Shown here piece by piece: positions 12,401 to 27,400 of a stretch of 63,221 nucleotides of DNA. Positions within the stretch are counted from its first letter, which is position 1. Every line of letters begins with the position of its first letter. The notes under the pieces were generated by a model. The model worked only from the letters and a program-made list of their open reading frames with translations. It did not search any database and had not been told where the DNA came from. This stretch comes from Phoronis australis (Eukaryota; Animalia; Phoronida), in assembly GCA_002633005.1 (NCBI GenBank), contig NMRA01000297.1:43909-107129 (forward strand), read 5' to 3'. The position numbers and the translations under genes are program-made.

Positions 12401-15400
12401 CATTCCGACGGAGTTTCCTCTTAAAATTAACGTCTCTAGCATATCCACGGCGAAAGCTACAAAAGTTAAGCAACCCAAGAACTCTCAACTTGTCTGAAAC
12501 CGGAGGAGATTTCGAAATCAATGCCGATAGCCCCAATACTGAACATGACGACAGTTGTGCCCTCGGTCACACGGTCACTGATCATAGCTACGCTGTGTTT
12601 ACAAACGAGAGAGGAGGACTTGCTTGGTATTATAAAGCAAAAAAATGAAACATGGTTTTTAGTTTGCAAATCACTCCAAATGCACACACTATCCAGCCTG
12701 CTCAAGACACAGGCGCTTGGGTTTATCGCAAATGACGTCACTCAATAATATATATAAGAAAACATAAAGGTTGGACACTTAAACTTTGCCAAGCCGAGGC
12801 TCCCTACTTCAACCGTCCAAAATCCAAATAAAATCTGCCTGCACCTCCCTCAGTCTGATGTTGCATAAATCTTCGCAGCCTTATCTTTACTAGATCCCAT
12901 TAACTGTCTTCATGAGTGGTGAATTGGAGATGGAATTTCCAAAACAATCTCAAAACTCTGAATTCAAGGACCTGAAATAGTAAACACTGATGGCGGACTT
13001 CAGTTGTGCTTCAACTTGTACGCCTGTCGTAGGTGAAACTTCGAATTTGAGCAAGCAACCTATATTTCAAGTTCAATAATTCTAATCCAAAACTCAACTA
13101 ATTGAGAATGTTAAAGTTAGTATTTTAATGATTATTTGTAACTTTATTCCACTGACGGCTCATTTTAGCCTTCAACTTAGAATTTTATTACATCAACTGG
13201 CGTATCTTGTTTCTCATCTTGACATCACGCACTTTTTTGATTGAAGCACAACACACACTCGGCCAGGAAACGCAGTCCGTGCAAGTATTACAATGCGCGT
13301 GGCCGACGAGTTAACTCAATGGTTTTGGCCAAAAGTAAAACCTTCATAAGAAATCACAGTACACAAAAAACTTCGCATATCAATACAGTATCAGGATAAT
13401 TTATGTTTGACACAAATATGTGAGTAATTACATTTATTTGGAAATAAAGTGCTCTCTGCTTCTCATGATCAAGTAGTCGAGGGATTGACGATGAAAGCTT
13501 TCGGATTTAGCTCGGGAGCGTCCGTCAAAAACCCGGATGTGCGAAGATCGTCTGCCATGACATCACGGAATCACTTCCTTGAATTTGTGATTTTGGAATT
13601 CTTTTGGCATTTTTGTCGCCAAATCATCACTCGAAGGCAATTCGAAGAGATCGAATGAAAGAAAGTATTCTAAGAGTTGTCCGATGCTAGTTTCGTGGAG
13701 TTCCATGCACATTTGAGTAGAAAATTCTGAGCAAACAGATTTCTAGTGTCCAACCTTTATGTTTTCTTATATATATTATTGAGTGACGTCATTTGCGATA
13801 AACCCAAGCGCCTGTGGCTCAAGACATGCCTGACCACAAGCTATCCCATGAGCCTTCGCGCAGGAAGTAACTCGCACATGCGCAATGCGTAGTTCATTTG
13901 CGCTGCAAATCCGCTATTCTGAAGTCTCTAGCTCAAAATTTTAGTTTGCACTCAATGACCTTTGACCTATAAATCTGATTGGTTAGGCCTATTGCGAAGT
14001 AAAGTAGGTATTCAATTGGCATGTTGACTTACACCAGTGTGCTGAAATTGAAAAGAATTCCTTGAAAAACGTAAGAGATATAACATTTTGAACGTTACAT
14101 GACCTTTGCTCTAATTGACCTTATCCGGTGCATTTTAAGCATCTTTAGGAGAATTATTGCAAAGCCCATGGAAAATGTGTTTAATGCTGAGAATCACAGC
14201 TGTCTAACGGTTTACCCATCAGAAAACTTGCTGATTGAAAAGGTCAAATTTTCAGAAGAAAAACGCACCTAATGACCCCATGTTTGCACTAAATGACCTG
14301 AAACTTTGGATTCTGATTTGATTTACCTGTGGCAATCAGACCTGTAAATTTGAAGTGTCTAGCTCAAAATTTTAGTTTGCACCTAAGGACCTTTGACCTA
14401 TTTCACCTGATTGGATGGCCCGATTACTTAGAAAAGTAATTTTTTAAATTTTCATGTTGACTTATACCTGTGCACCGAATTTGAAAAAGATAGCTTTAAA
14501 ACTGAAGGAGGAGTAGCATTTTGAAAATTATATGACCTTTGCACCAAACGACCTCTTCCGCTGCAATGTGGAATATGATTATATAACCAATCAAAATTTA
14601 TATACTGTCAAAAGTCATATGCTGAATTTAAAGACCGTACCTACACCCAATTTGGAGTTATTAAGCCTCAAAGTTGGTCGAAAGAAGAATAAGGATAAGA
14701 AGAATAAGAATAAAATTGAAGAAAACCCAGGAACAACAGTACTCTGCGCTTACACGCGCAGAGTAATGAAGGACTGTTACCAAAGTTTACCCTCAATATG
14801 AATGTTTATGGTGAATTATTTATTGCTTGACCTATGCTTCAATGAAAGTTTTTTTTTTCATTTCTGCAAAATGACAATTTCTCTTCAGCTTCTTTGAAAG
14901 AGATTATGCCTTTTGTTTTTGAATTTTAGGAACATTACAATACCTCTTGAAGATGGAACAGTTACAGGTTCCAAGGACTTGCAACACCGTGCTCTCGCCT
15001 CGTCCAAGGTTGGCCGTAGAATGTCTCTGGAGCTCCCTCTGTCTGCAGTCGCAGGACTTGTAGGTGAAATGGCTTGCACCTTTGAAGATACTCAGGATGA
15101 TCGACAGCGTGTGGTTCCTGTCTCACATGCATGGCATCCCACAGGAGACATATTTGTTGGCTGTGAAAAGGGTCAATTGGTGCAGGTGAAATAGAACAGC
15201 TTTATTACACTGTCTTGTTAGTGATAATAAACACAGCCTGCAGTTTAGTTATAGAAATATGTGTTGTAAATTCTATGGCTATGCAGATGTCTCAGTCAAA
15301 TTTGAATGATGCATTGAACACCTACTCTTTTTCCTGACAAAGAATCATTTGCAATGCAACTTTGTCTTGATAGACAATCCAGCACATATCTTGGCAAAGT

Positions 15401-18400
15401 TAAAATTACCAAGCAATCTGCAAGTCTTTAGTCGATAACTTGCGATTTTGTACACAACAGGCTAATTGCGTTAACTTATGTCAGTTACCTAACATTATTT
15501 TTTTTTCTTTTTTGCACCTTTCATGTACTAGCTTATTCTATTCCAAGCATTCCCCCCAGTTTATCATTTATGAGTCTTATCTCTAAGACTGTATCGCACC
15601 CATTTTGCATAATGTTTGAATGTTGAGAAGTGGCTAATGAATGTTGATAGGTCTGATGATAGCCACCAGACATTTCATTTATGGTGAAACATCTCAGTTA
15701 TGGTGAGCCATCTCAATTATAATGAGACATCTCAGTTATGGTGAGACAGCTCAGTTATGGTGAGACATCTCAGTTATGGTGAGACATCTCAGTTATGGTG
15801 CGACATCTCAGTTACGGTGAGACATCTCAGTTATGGTCCTCATCTGTTCACAGGTTCTTGGTAGTCTTGTAGGATTGTTAGCTGTTTATTATGGTTGACT
15901 TTACAGTTACTTCAGTGTGTATTAATGTGCAATTGTCCCAGTTTGTGTGTTCAAAGTGCTTAAATTTGATTGAGAATACTCAGACATTTAACTCTTCATT
16001 AGATTGACGGTGAGACGTTCAAAGCATCTATTGTTCATGTGGTTGAATCGAACCCTTCTCACACAAATGTGTCAACTGAAGGAGTTACACAGAAGAAGTT
16101 GTCCTTTGTTGATGAGCAATCATCTACAGGTGCGTGTTCATATCATGTCTACTTTGAATTCATTATTTGAAGTTGGAAGAGGACCACTTACTGAGATGTA
16201 ATAAAATGACACAGAGGAATTGTAGTATAGGCATTGTGAGTTTTAGACATTATGATAACAGTTAATGCCCAGACATTAGATAACAGTAATGCCCAGACAT
16301 TATGTTAACAGTAATGCCCAGACATGATAACAGTAATGCCCAGAAAAGCAATTCCTTAGTGCAATGTTCACAGCTATGACAAAGTAACCATACAAAATAC
16401 TGACTAATTTTGGTTTACAGCAAAAATGATTGTTACGGGTGAAAAATTGTAATCAAACAATGGTTAACCGCCTTTTAAGTTACTAATTTTGTTTACAACA
16501 ATGTAATTTCAGAATGGCTTGACCACCTTACTAACTTTCCTGTTTATTTTACTATCAATTTATATCAATTTTTATAGGTTTACTATAAGCTATTGTGGTG
16601 TGCAGATAATGATACACCATGTAAGAGCAAGTGCAGACAGAGAGCTACATGTCTCAAACTATGTAAGAGCATGCGCATATAGAGAGCTACATGTCTCAAC
16701 CTATGTAAGAGCTTGCGCAGACAGAGAGCTACATGTCTCAAACTATCTAAGAGCATGCGCAGAGAGAGAGCTACATGTCTCAAATGATACACCATGTAAG
16801 AGCAATCGCAAATGATACACCATGTAAGAGCAATCGCATACAGAGAGCTACATGTCTCAAATGTAAAATTAATAAGCCCACCAAATAGGTCGAGCAAAAT
16901 GGACCACAAGGATTTTGCCTCGAGAGGTGCTGAGGTGGTGGAGTTATTTCCTTTAACAGAGTCAGACATGAATCATCACAACATGCAGGCTAGCTGCGCA
17001 AAGTGATTGGCCGATTACAATAAAGGTAGCCAATGAAAAATAGTTATAATTGCAGCACTTATCAACGAATAATCTTTCTCAATGGCTCATTCTAACTGTG
17101 TGTACTATGTTGACGCTGTTTGCTATGAATATTAGCTACAAATCATTGAGAATTTTGCTTGTTGGTGTGGTTAACAGGCATCGAGCTATGAACTGAGCTA
17201 TAGTTCACTTGAGGATGACAGCTCAGCTCATAACTATTCATCTGCACTCTGGCACTAAATCACAGTTTTTTTATCAATTCTGATATTTGATGTCAATTAA
17301 GTTGTTGCTACTTGGGTAGACTATGGCAAATGCAAGGAAACAAGGTGAGCCACCTACGTTTCATCAATTGCATGAATGTTGATTTTCAATCAATGTGTTT
17401 TTTCCAAAATGTAGAGTCTGTGCCTTCCAAGGCACCAGCTAGTTCGGTAAAGATTGGAGGTGGCTCGCTGAATACAATTGCACTACACAGAGATGGGTTG
17501 TTTGTGGGAGGAGTAGATGGCATTGTACGACAACTTGAGCTGTCTAAGGGATTTGTGGCTGTAGCTGAGTCCACGGATATTGGCCGACCAATCACATCTC
17601 TAGGATTTAATACTATGTATTCTAAGCTGGCGATTGGTAGTTCACAGGTATGCCTCTTTGGTAGTGTTGCAGGACCTGTCTCACAGTCATGTAATGTATG
17701 GTAAATGGAGTTTCAGCTTGTTGTATTTAACTGCCCACGAATAATAGTTCAAGGGTATGTGTGTAATTTCAGTATTATTTAACCAGTTCAACTGTGTGTA
17801 ACTATGGCTTGTTTTGATTTTAGTTATAGCCACATATTTCACTGAATTGGTTAACATCCCCATTACATAACATCCAACTTGTTGTTTCTAAAGTTATGCA
17901 TCTATAAAGCAGTGGCATCTGACAAGTAGTCTATGTCCTTTCAATTTCACCTTATTAAGTAATTTTTGTTCTAAGTCAGTAGCAACACTACTACTAAGAC
18001 ATGTTTAAAGCTTGAGTTGTGTGATTCAGGGCTGTGTTCACATCCTGGACCCTACTGATCCAGACACGCTCAACTTGCTGTTTGATCAACACAAAGGAAA
18101 CTTTGTTGGTGTTGAATGTTTGTGCCCTGGCTCACAGTTTGTTGTGGTAAGTCAAATGTCAGTATGTTGCTGTTATGATACTCTTCCCAAGTGTTAGGCT
18201 CACTTCTACTGCAGACATGACACAAAAAGCACAAGCTCAAGACACTAATTTTATTCCTTCATAACTTGCATTTGGCACCCCCTCGTAACATTCCAGATCT
18301 GTTCCAGATCCGTTGAAAGGTGATACCTCAAACTTCGGATGCCAGTTGATTCCAACTATCAGATGGCCTTTGTTGATTTTACAGTAATTTAGTTAATAAA

Positions 18401-21400
18401 AGTGATGTTGACTGTGCCCTAGATCAGTAACTAGCTATACCGCCCAGAGAAGACAGACTCATCAACTCACTTACAGTGGTACTTGGTGACTTGGGCATTT
18501 GGTCCTTATCTCAACACTCTCACCAGCATGGTACTACCATACATTAAGTATTCAGAGTTGACTCAGAGGTTCATTTTTGTCCTTTTTAATAACCTCGCTC
18601 GCATGACGACTCGTTAAGTCTTGCCTGGTCTGCAACCCTTGGAACCCTATTTGCTCATGGTCATTACTAGCATAAATGGATTGTGCAGCGGCTGTGTCAG
18701 AGGAAGGGATGCATTAATTGCTCCAGACCTGTGGTTGCAGAATATTCTTTTATTGTGTATTGTAGCTTATCAAACTCGAACAATTCGTTTCCCGTAATTA
18801 TTTTTTCTGATATCTCCATGATTGCAATTTCAGACCGTGAGAGAAAATGGTTTCCTTCAAGTGTGGAACCTGGAAACTTCTGACCAAGCTTGCTGTTTAG
18901 CTCTGAATGTCCAAGCAACTGTTTTGGCTTGTGGTGTGCTGTCCCAGTTTGTAGTCGTTGGCACTGATGACGGACTTTTGTACTTTGTTGACCTGCATGA
19001 CTTCTCTCAACCAAGAATCATCCACTGTATTCACATGCACAGAGGGCCTGTGAAACAGCTCGTGTGAGTAGCAACAGAAGTTATGATTCAATCCACATTC
19101 TCACTGCTGCAGCTGTTTTTTTCACTGAACCTGAAATCTAATATAAAAAATCTTCTTTTCCACTGACAAGTGCATTTAGGTGGATGTTGTTTTCTGCAGT
19201 TTTTGAACAGATTTTCAGTCGTTGTACAAGTCTTCCAGCCTTGGTTTGATTTTTTCACATCATGTATAGGTGCAGGCGGCTATAAGGTGTTTCTCACATT
19301 CACACATCATGAATTGTATAGGTGCAGGCGGCTTTTGGGTGTTTTTCACATAGGCACATTGTCCATAGGTGCAGGTGGCTATTGGTATTTCCCCCACATG
19401 ATTGTGTAAGTGCAGGTGGCTATTATGTGTTTCTCACATACACACATCATATATAGGTGAAGGCAGCTTTTGGGTGTTTCTCACATAGGCACATTGTCTA
19501 TAGGTGCAGGTGGCTATTAGGTATTTCTCACGTACACAGTGTCCCACATGATTGTATAAGCGCAGGTGGCTATTAAGTGTTTCTCACATACACGCATCAT
19601 GTACAGGTGCAGGCGGCTGTTTGGTGTTTCTCACATTACGTACGTCATGTATAGGACTGTGGTGCAGGTGGCTATTAGATGTTTCTCACATAGGCACATC
19701 ATGTATAGGACTGGTGCAGGCAGCTATGAGGTGTTTCTTACATACAGTTACACAAATCATAATTATAATGCAGGTGGCTATTGGGTGTTTTTCACATGAA
19801 TGCATACATCATGTATAGGACTGGTACAGGTGGCTATTAGTTGTTTCTCTCGTAGGCACATCATGACAGATGGCTATTCGATGTTTCTCACATAGGCACA
19901 TAGATGCAGGTGGCTATTAGGTGTTTCTCACATAGGCACATCGTGTATAGGACTGGTGCAGGTGGCTATTAGGTTTTCCTCAAATAGACACATCATGTAT
20001 AGGTCCATGATCAAATAGATAAAGTTTCTTTTTCATACACTTAAACATTAATCAAAAACATAAAACTGAAACAGAATTATTTATAATTTGTAGACCATTG
20101 GTGACAGGTAGTTGACTTATCTTTTTCTTTTAACAAATAGAACAGGGAACTACATTATTTGGCCAGCTAATCTGTAAGCTGTTTTAGTAACTATTTCCTG
20201 GACACCAATGAGATGCAGTAATAAAGACTGGACATTTTAAGACAGCTGTAGCCAATGATTGTGATTTCGAATTACTACCATAAATTATGATATTCTGCAA
20301 ACAGGGCCTCCAAAATAAATGACCATTTGGAGCTATGATTGAAGTATTTCCCAAAGGAACAATATTAGGGAGTTTAACTGACTTCTTGAGAAACAGGACA
20401 GCCTGAGGTTTTTTCAGATGCATCTGATTTACTAAATATTGAATTCATTAATTTTGATAAAATAGGCTCAACTATCAGCATTATTGGTATGCAATACCCT
20501 TATTTTATGCCCATGTCTTGAGAACTGTTCTCCAAAATCCACTTGGGCTCTAGATAAGGAGAAAACAACTGAGAAATGTTACAGTAATAATCTGTTGATA
20601 CCACATACTGAACGATTAACTTTGCTGCTTGAATCAATCTGGCTACCTTTCTCGACTCGCCTTCCAGTTGGCTTTTCAGAGGCCCATGACGTTTTAAGAA
20701 AGAGGGAATTATTCTTGTTAAAATTAATCTTTTTAGTTCTCAAAACCACTTGGAAATTTAATAAACAAAATGCTTTAAGTTAATCTATGAAATAAGTTTT
20801 AAGCAACTAGTCTAGCTTACTACACATCTTATCAGGCTAAGCTTCCACAGTGAAAATATCGTCTGCTAGTTACTGTCCAAGTGAAAAGATCCCGGCCAAT
20901 GAAATTTTGCCCACATTGAATCTGGAGACCCCTGATTTACAATTCAGAGAAAATGACAGATATATTTTACTGACAAAATTAAAGATGTCTTTTTTATTGA
21001 AATCTTGCGTCCCATTTTTTACATCGCATAAATGTTGGTGCAATGCAGTTTGTTGAACATAATTGCGCTTCCTCATTTAAGTATTCTACTTTCACGTAAC
21101 ATGACATCAGCTGCTAAGTAGCTCAGTGGTTAAGTAGACGGATCGAAACTGGTGAAGCAGGATCGAATCTGGCCTTGGTTTCCTAAAATGGGTTATTCAA
21201 CGGTTGTATTGGCCATGTCAGGCTTATTATGTGGTATAATTTCCATTATTTTCCATGTTCAGATCTTCCCCTGAGTTATTATCTGACTTTTTCTTTCTAC
21301 TCACAAGCAGTGTTTACTTGAAAATGTATTGCAGTCATGGCTGTTGTTCAGCATGTTATTATTCTGGTATTTTATGCTCATGTCGCTTAATGTGTTAACT

Positions 21401-24400
21401 GTCAGACAAGTTGACTTTGAAATAACATGTGCACTCAATCAGGCGTGTACTAGCATGGGACATAGACCTCCAGTTTTACAAGAGCAGCATCATTCTTCTA
21501 TAATTACATTTAATTCATAAAATTGCCTTGGGCCTCTTTATTCTTTCCTAGGTTTGAAGTCAATGGTCACTATTTGGTCAGTGGAGGTAATGACAGCCAT
21601 GTATTTGTCATGGATGGTCGCCCTTCAAAGAACTTCTTTGTCTATGGACACACAGGTATGACAAGTGCCGTAACTGCTTGAAAATCACTTGACTTTGTTC
21701 AACTGGAATTAAAAAACCTTGTTCTTTGCTGTAAAAGCTTTTTATTGGCTCAAAACCTATTTTCAAATTTAGGCTGTTCTGTTACCATAATATTGACAAA
21801 TTGCTGGATGTTATTTTTGTTTGTAGGGAAAATGCCAATAATTATGAATGAATTCCAAAACTCGAAATAATAACTGAATATCCAAAAGGCAACTGAGAAC
21901 AATGCCCATGTTTTCTCTCTGTCTTTTGTCTTGTTTAGGTAACGTTAACATCTCTTATGAATTAATGACAGTCTAAAGTTATTTCTGCATAATATCATAT
22001 TGTTACATGTAGCCGTCGATGGCGAGGTTCTTGCCATTTCCTGCTATAATAAGTCGGGTGATGTTCAAATTGTTGTGACTACAAACAACACAGAAGATCA
22101 CCGCCTTGGAGCGACAAAGTTGGTCATCATGAACATCCAGCCATCAATTGTAGAGGGTGAGTGAAAAAATGGCTGCAGGCTCCTTTTCATGAAACTTGCT
22201 TTAAATTGGTTTGAATCTTATGGTATGACTACAGTCTGTAGAGTGGAAACTGTCAGGTAGTCACAGAAATGGGTCGTCTGCCATTTTCTATTGAATTCTA
22301 TACGTTGAGTGCTATACTGAAGCTGGATTTTGAAGATTAAAACTGAAATTTTATATTTCGAATTGAGTTACTTGTATTTTATTTTCTTGAAAGTTTTTGT
22401 TACGTTTTGTTGGAGACTGTAATATGCAGAAATTTTACTTTTCAATTTTTGTTTTCATGAATTTTTCTTAAAATTGTGGTTTTTGATGGAGATTAATGTA
22501 CTAAGTTTCTCTGAAGTGCAGATAATTTTTGTGCATTTACTTTAAATTTGTGATCTAGGATGCGAAAATTAATGATTTAATGAGACTTTGTTTGAGGAAG
22601 TGTGACCCTTGAAATTGTTTAAAATGGTTATATGCTGTATCTGGTGGCAGTAGTGTCATTTTTCACGATCATTAAACAACTGTGTGTATTAAGACCTTAA
22701 GCAACTCCTTGTTTCCAGTAGAATAACGGTTTTACATTGTTGCAGACTATCGACTATTTCATGACAGCCTCAAGTATAATTTCTCGGAGAAAGCTATTGA
22801 CAAGATCACTCTTAATTTCTCTGTGCCCTCTTATGGAGCAGTTATCACGTCTGGCCGTGTGCTCTACACTCTCTCACAGAGTAACAAGAATGTACATAAG
22901 ATCATCATTCCTAAAGAGCCACCCAAGAAGGTACTTATATCAGAACATCTTATTACTAGTATTGCGTACTTGCTCACTTATTGTTTGTTGGTCTACTTGT
23001 TAACTTTGAATTCACTGCCCAGGGAGGATAAGCAACTCTGGCCCAGTGCTTAAATTCAAACCATTTTTTGCTATACCCTTTAAATGACAATAAGTCAAAT
23101 GGATTGTCCATCATCCTTCTGTTGGCCAGACCTGCAGTCGATTGGCCTGACCTGTAGTCTATTGGCCTGACCTGCAGTCTATTGGCTGACCTGCAGTCTA
23201 TTGGCCTGACCTGTAGTCTATTGGCCTGACCTACAGTCTATTTGAATCCAGCTGCAGAATGTTCTGGGACTGTGGTGTTAACTATAACATGAGTTTTCTT
23301 AGTAGTTTTCTTTTTGAGAACTTGTGCAAGTCATTCAATAACTGAATACTAGATGTTGACATAATGCAACAACCACATTACATAATGCGTGTTTAACCAA
23401 TCTCCCTAGCAATGGACTCTGTCTTGACTTCAACCACTGCTTTATTACAGAGGTATAATACATTGCACAGAGTTGTTTTGGCCGGACATGATGGTGATCA
23501 AATGCATTTTTTGATGTCCAAGATGTTTCTAATGAACTGAGTCTGTTGCAATGTTTTTGATGGCTGTAAGCCAGTCAGTTAGTAAATGAAATGTCTGTAG
23601 GATATAATACCATAAACATTCGGGTTAACGCCCTGGGCGGTTAAATTGGCGAACCCAAAAATTTGGGGGTGGGCGGTTAACCAGGCATGGCGTTTAAACG
23701 TGAAATTTCAAGAAATCACTGGTGGGCGGTTAACCAAACATGAGCGCTTATTACGATATACACCTGCCCTAGGCGGTTAATCTCACTTCAAGATCGGAGT
23801 TCCCACACATACTGGGAACGCATAACACTCTGCAGAGCTTTATCATCACGAAATGCGTATCCTGCGCACTCTAACTAACACACAGTTTCAAATTTGTGGA
23901 CTGTTGTCAAATTTCGAACGTTTGCATAGAAAGCGTGCTGCATAGTTCAGCGCCTCAGACGAGAACGATTATTGCGAATTCTGCTCTTCCTTTCACTATA
24001 CTTCCCAGACATGTTGACCTACGTAGCAGGCGGTAACTGTGCTGTCGTTTTAACCCACTTGTGGCCACGCGCTGACCCATTTTTCCTGTGTGATTAGTTC
24101 GCGCGTGCAAGCTTCACGTGTTGCAGAGGTCACAGCATAGATTAAATTTATGGTTGTCCCGAGTGCTAGCTGGCCAAGTTCTAGGCTGAGCCCAAGAGCA
24201 GTTTTAAAATTAGTTGTGGTATAAGTTTGAAAACTTAATTCAGATTTAATTGTTTTTGGGGCCTGCGATGCTCATGTTTGAGTCTCCGTGACTCAGTGAA
24301 TTTGTTAAAGTATGGTTTACATGCGGCTGTCTAATATCCCGGCGCCGCTCACTTCCCGTAGCGTGAAACATGCTACGGTATGCATGACGACAAAAATAGC

Positions 24401-27400
24401 AGGCAAGCGAACACGAGGCAGTTGTCAATCAAAACACAGTTACTGCAATGGCATTACTCAATAACATGTATTTGCTTAAGATTTTATTTAAAAAATACTA
24501 ATGACTTTGACTGGAGTCCGAGGTATAATTAGTTCATACACGTATGGCGTCGGTAAAAATCATTCGTAGATAAAGCCCAATTATTCGGGTAATCGGCACC
24601 CCTGGTTAGCTATGTGACTAGTGATGAGATCTAACCAGCAACGTGATCAGTAACGCTAGGACCACTCTAAAAAGCAATACTTTGCGAGATTACGTGAGAT
24701 ATTGCCGTGCATTTTGAATAAAAACATGTGACTTTGGTTACATTTTAGCTAGGCGTTAGTGTTACTCACGCACGCCTGTACTCGAAAGACGGACATCCTC
24801 GATAACCCGGCAATTACGTTCATCAAAGTAGGGAGTTATGGGAATTCTTGAAAATCCGAGAGCTTCCAACCTAAAACTCATTGAGATGGTTGGCAAAACC
24901 ACAACATTTCTCTGGCCTGATTGTTTCGAATATATTATATGTTTTATCTCGTGCACTGCATTCGGAAACTCAATGCGGCAGACTTCGTGGCTGAAAGTGG
25001 TGGTATTGATGCGGGCGTGGTTCTTAAACTTAAATTTGCGAGCATGAGAAGACAATAAAGTGACAAAGCATTTTAGAGGTATTACATTTTGAAGTAAATC
25101 CATGACCTGGGACAATAATTTGTTACTTGTATTATAATTCATATTGCCAAACCACCGTCTCCGATGCTGTCGTTGCACTCTTTTATCTAAAAATGGGTAA
25201 TCGTGGGTTTCTTTAGCTTTGGGCGCATAATCATCAATCTTCAAAAGTCGGAGATGGGCGCTTAACTGAGAGGTGGGCGCTTAGCTGGAAGTCTTCAAAA
25301 ATCACAGAGGGGCGGTTAACCGAGCAGTGGGCGGTTAAATCGAAAATCCACTTAAAGTAGGGTATGGGCGGTTAAGTGAACATGGGCGTTAACCAGAACG
25401 TTTATGGTATAACCTAGTTGTGGCATCACCCCAGTTATGTCTTTGGGTTTCCTTTCCTTAATTTGGTAAGACTACTTTACATTAAAAATAGATCTAATAA
25501 TAAGTTTACTTATTGTGGACTGTAACAATTTTGTTTGTGCCAGCAAAGGGCAGCTGGTACCATTAAGCAACAATTGCGACAGTCGCAAAATGTTCTCATT
25601 GGCATTCAGTTGTAGTGTTACACTTCTCCACATGTGGGAAGTTAAGAGCTCAACCTGCTAATTTTTCTGCATCCCGTGTGGAAATTTGTTTTTCTGACAT
25701 CCACCTTCAGGCTGTTATTGTGCAAACCGCTTGTTGAGATAGGTAGTGCTATGAACCCATGCAAACAGTTGCAACTGGTTTATAAATCATACCAGCATTG
25801 GATTTCATCCATTGCTTTGTTCTCAGCTTTAATAAAATATTGCCTAGCTTTTGTTGAAATTACTGTATGGGACTTGGATATATGCTGTATTGTGCCACAT
25901 TAAGGAGTAGCACAGAACGACCTTATTTCATCACATGAGCAGTAGCACGGTTCAACATTTTTTCATGACACATGAGCAGTAGCACGGTATTACCTTATTT
26001 CATGATACATGTGCCGTAGCACAGTATTAACTTATTTCATGACACATGAGCAGCAGCACGGTTCAACCTTATTTCATGATACATGTGCAGGGGCATGGTA
26101 CAACCTTCTTTTATGAGTCATGGGATCTTATACAGGATACATGGCTGCGCTAATTTGGAAAGCTGTAGAAATCAATAGTTCACAAATGAGTTGCAACAGT
26201 GTGCTGAATCACGCTTTTTAGTTGCTTTATATTTCTTTTCCTATCGTGCTCTTAAGTAGGGTGCATCAGTTTAGTCATTGCTGCAGCGTCATTTTGTCGT
26301 GGTGAAGTAGTTTCCCTGGTTCCAGGCAATAAGTATGACCAAATATCATTTCATAGCTTATACATTTGAGAAGCAAATCATTAAAGTTTACCAGTGAGAG
26401 TGAATTGCTGATAGTATGGTATGACTGTGTAAGTCTAATTAGAATAAAATATACACACTACAAGCAGTAATACACCTACTGTCGGACTGCATGATTCGGT
26501 GGCAGGACTGAAAAATCCAATGGTGACATCTCAAAATATACACACAGCCTAAAAGCACCAAGAAAGCCAGTGTTAGGGGATAGTTCTATAGACCAATATT
26601 ACCCGATTGGCCATTATTCTTAAAATGAGGCTACACAATGCAACCCTCTCTCCAAGATAACGGCTAAGCAGGGTGACCTTGGCACTAAGCAGGGTAAACA
26701 AAATACTCATCACGAACACTGCTGTGTGCCAAAGCGTGTGAATGATAAGAAAAGTAACCAAAATTGTCTTTTCACTTATTCCCAACTGACGAGATGCCAA
26801 GGAAGGTGTAGAATCACAAAATACGACACGATTTCAGCCTGTGTTTCAAGGTTCAGTGTTGCTGACTTGTTTGCTTGAAAACGAGCTATGTTGATTTTTT
26901 GATTTTCCTGATTTATGAGTTACAGTGGTTGATTTTGATTAATTCATTTACATGTTTCATCTGTTAAATTAATTTACTTGTGATATGTTGGGAAAACTCT
27001 TTGCATTCCTACTGTTCTGTGCTTGTGTTGATGGCCCGGGTCAGTAAAGCTGTGAATTATGCTCTCAACACTCTCACTGAGTCGGTGATGGACACACCAG
27101 GTGCAGTATTTTTAGTTATGATTTTCTATGAGTGTTTGACTACAAATCATTTCAGTTATTACTTAAATTAATTAAGCAATGTGTGTTAATAATCTCTATA
27201 TCCTCATAAAGTTTTTACATGAGGTACAATTTCAGCTCTTGGTATAAACACAGGTCACAGGTTCCAACTTGGACAGGTATAAAATTGTGGGTCCCAATTT
27301 GGTAGCCCCGGTCACACCCTCCTATCCTAAAAAGACGTGTTAATTTGTGTTTATCTTAACAAAGTGCCACTTTCCAAAGGAATGATGATGTTAATTATGT

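Larger units (their letters stand above)
11283..13915 (+). mobile_element. ISL2EU-like (PIF/Harbinger-related) element with THAP remnant, nested in the HINE
   Basis: 15-bp TIR AGCGGATTTGCAGCG; AT duplication. Removing it restores a HINE unit colinear with 14337..14372. Confidence 0.75.
10880..14766 (-). mobile_element. Helentron-associated (HINE/DINE-1-like) element, host to nested insertions
   Basis: On the minus strand: subTIR ACTCTGCGC with a local inverted copy (14741..14764), a (CTT/ATT) microsatellite, TGACCTTTGACCT-type tandem units, a second subTIR near 10917, the palindrome ATTATTGTCAC..GTGACAATAAT, then CTAGtt. Confidence 0.8.

Noticed and set aside
16519-17006. Repetitive ORFs ([13 protein letters not shown])
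   Set aside because: Translation of a 42-bp minisatellite; no splice or homology support.
21112-21185. tRNA gene
   Set aside because: A/B boxes are present but I cannot fold acceptor or anticodon stems; treated as a SINE remnant.
27045-27100. Exon-like AG..GT segment ([18 protein letters not shown])
   Set aside because: 56 nt and begins with TAA in the host intron's phase 0, so it is incompatible with the CFAP43 frame.
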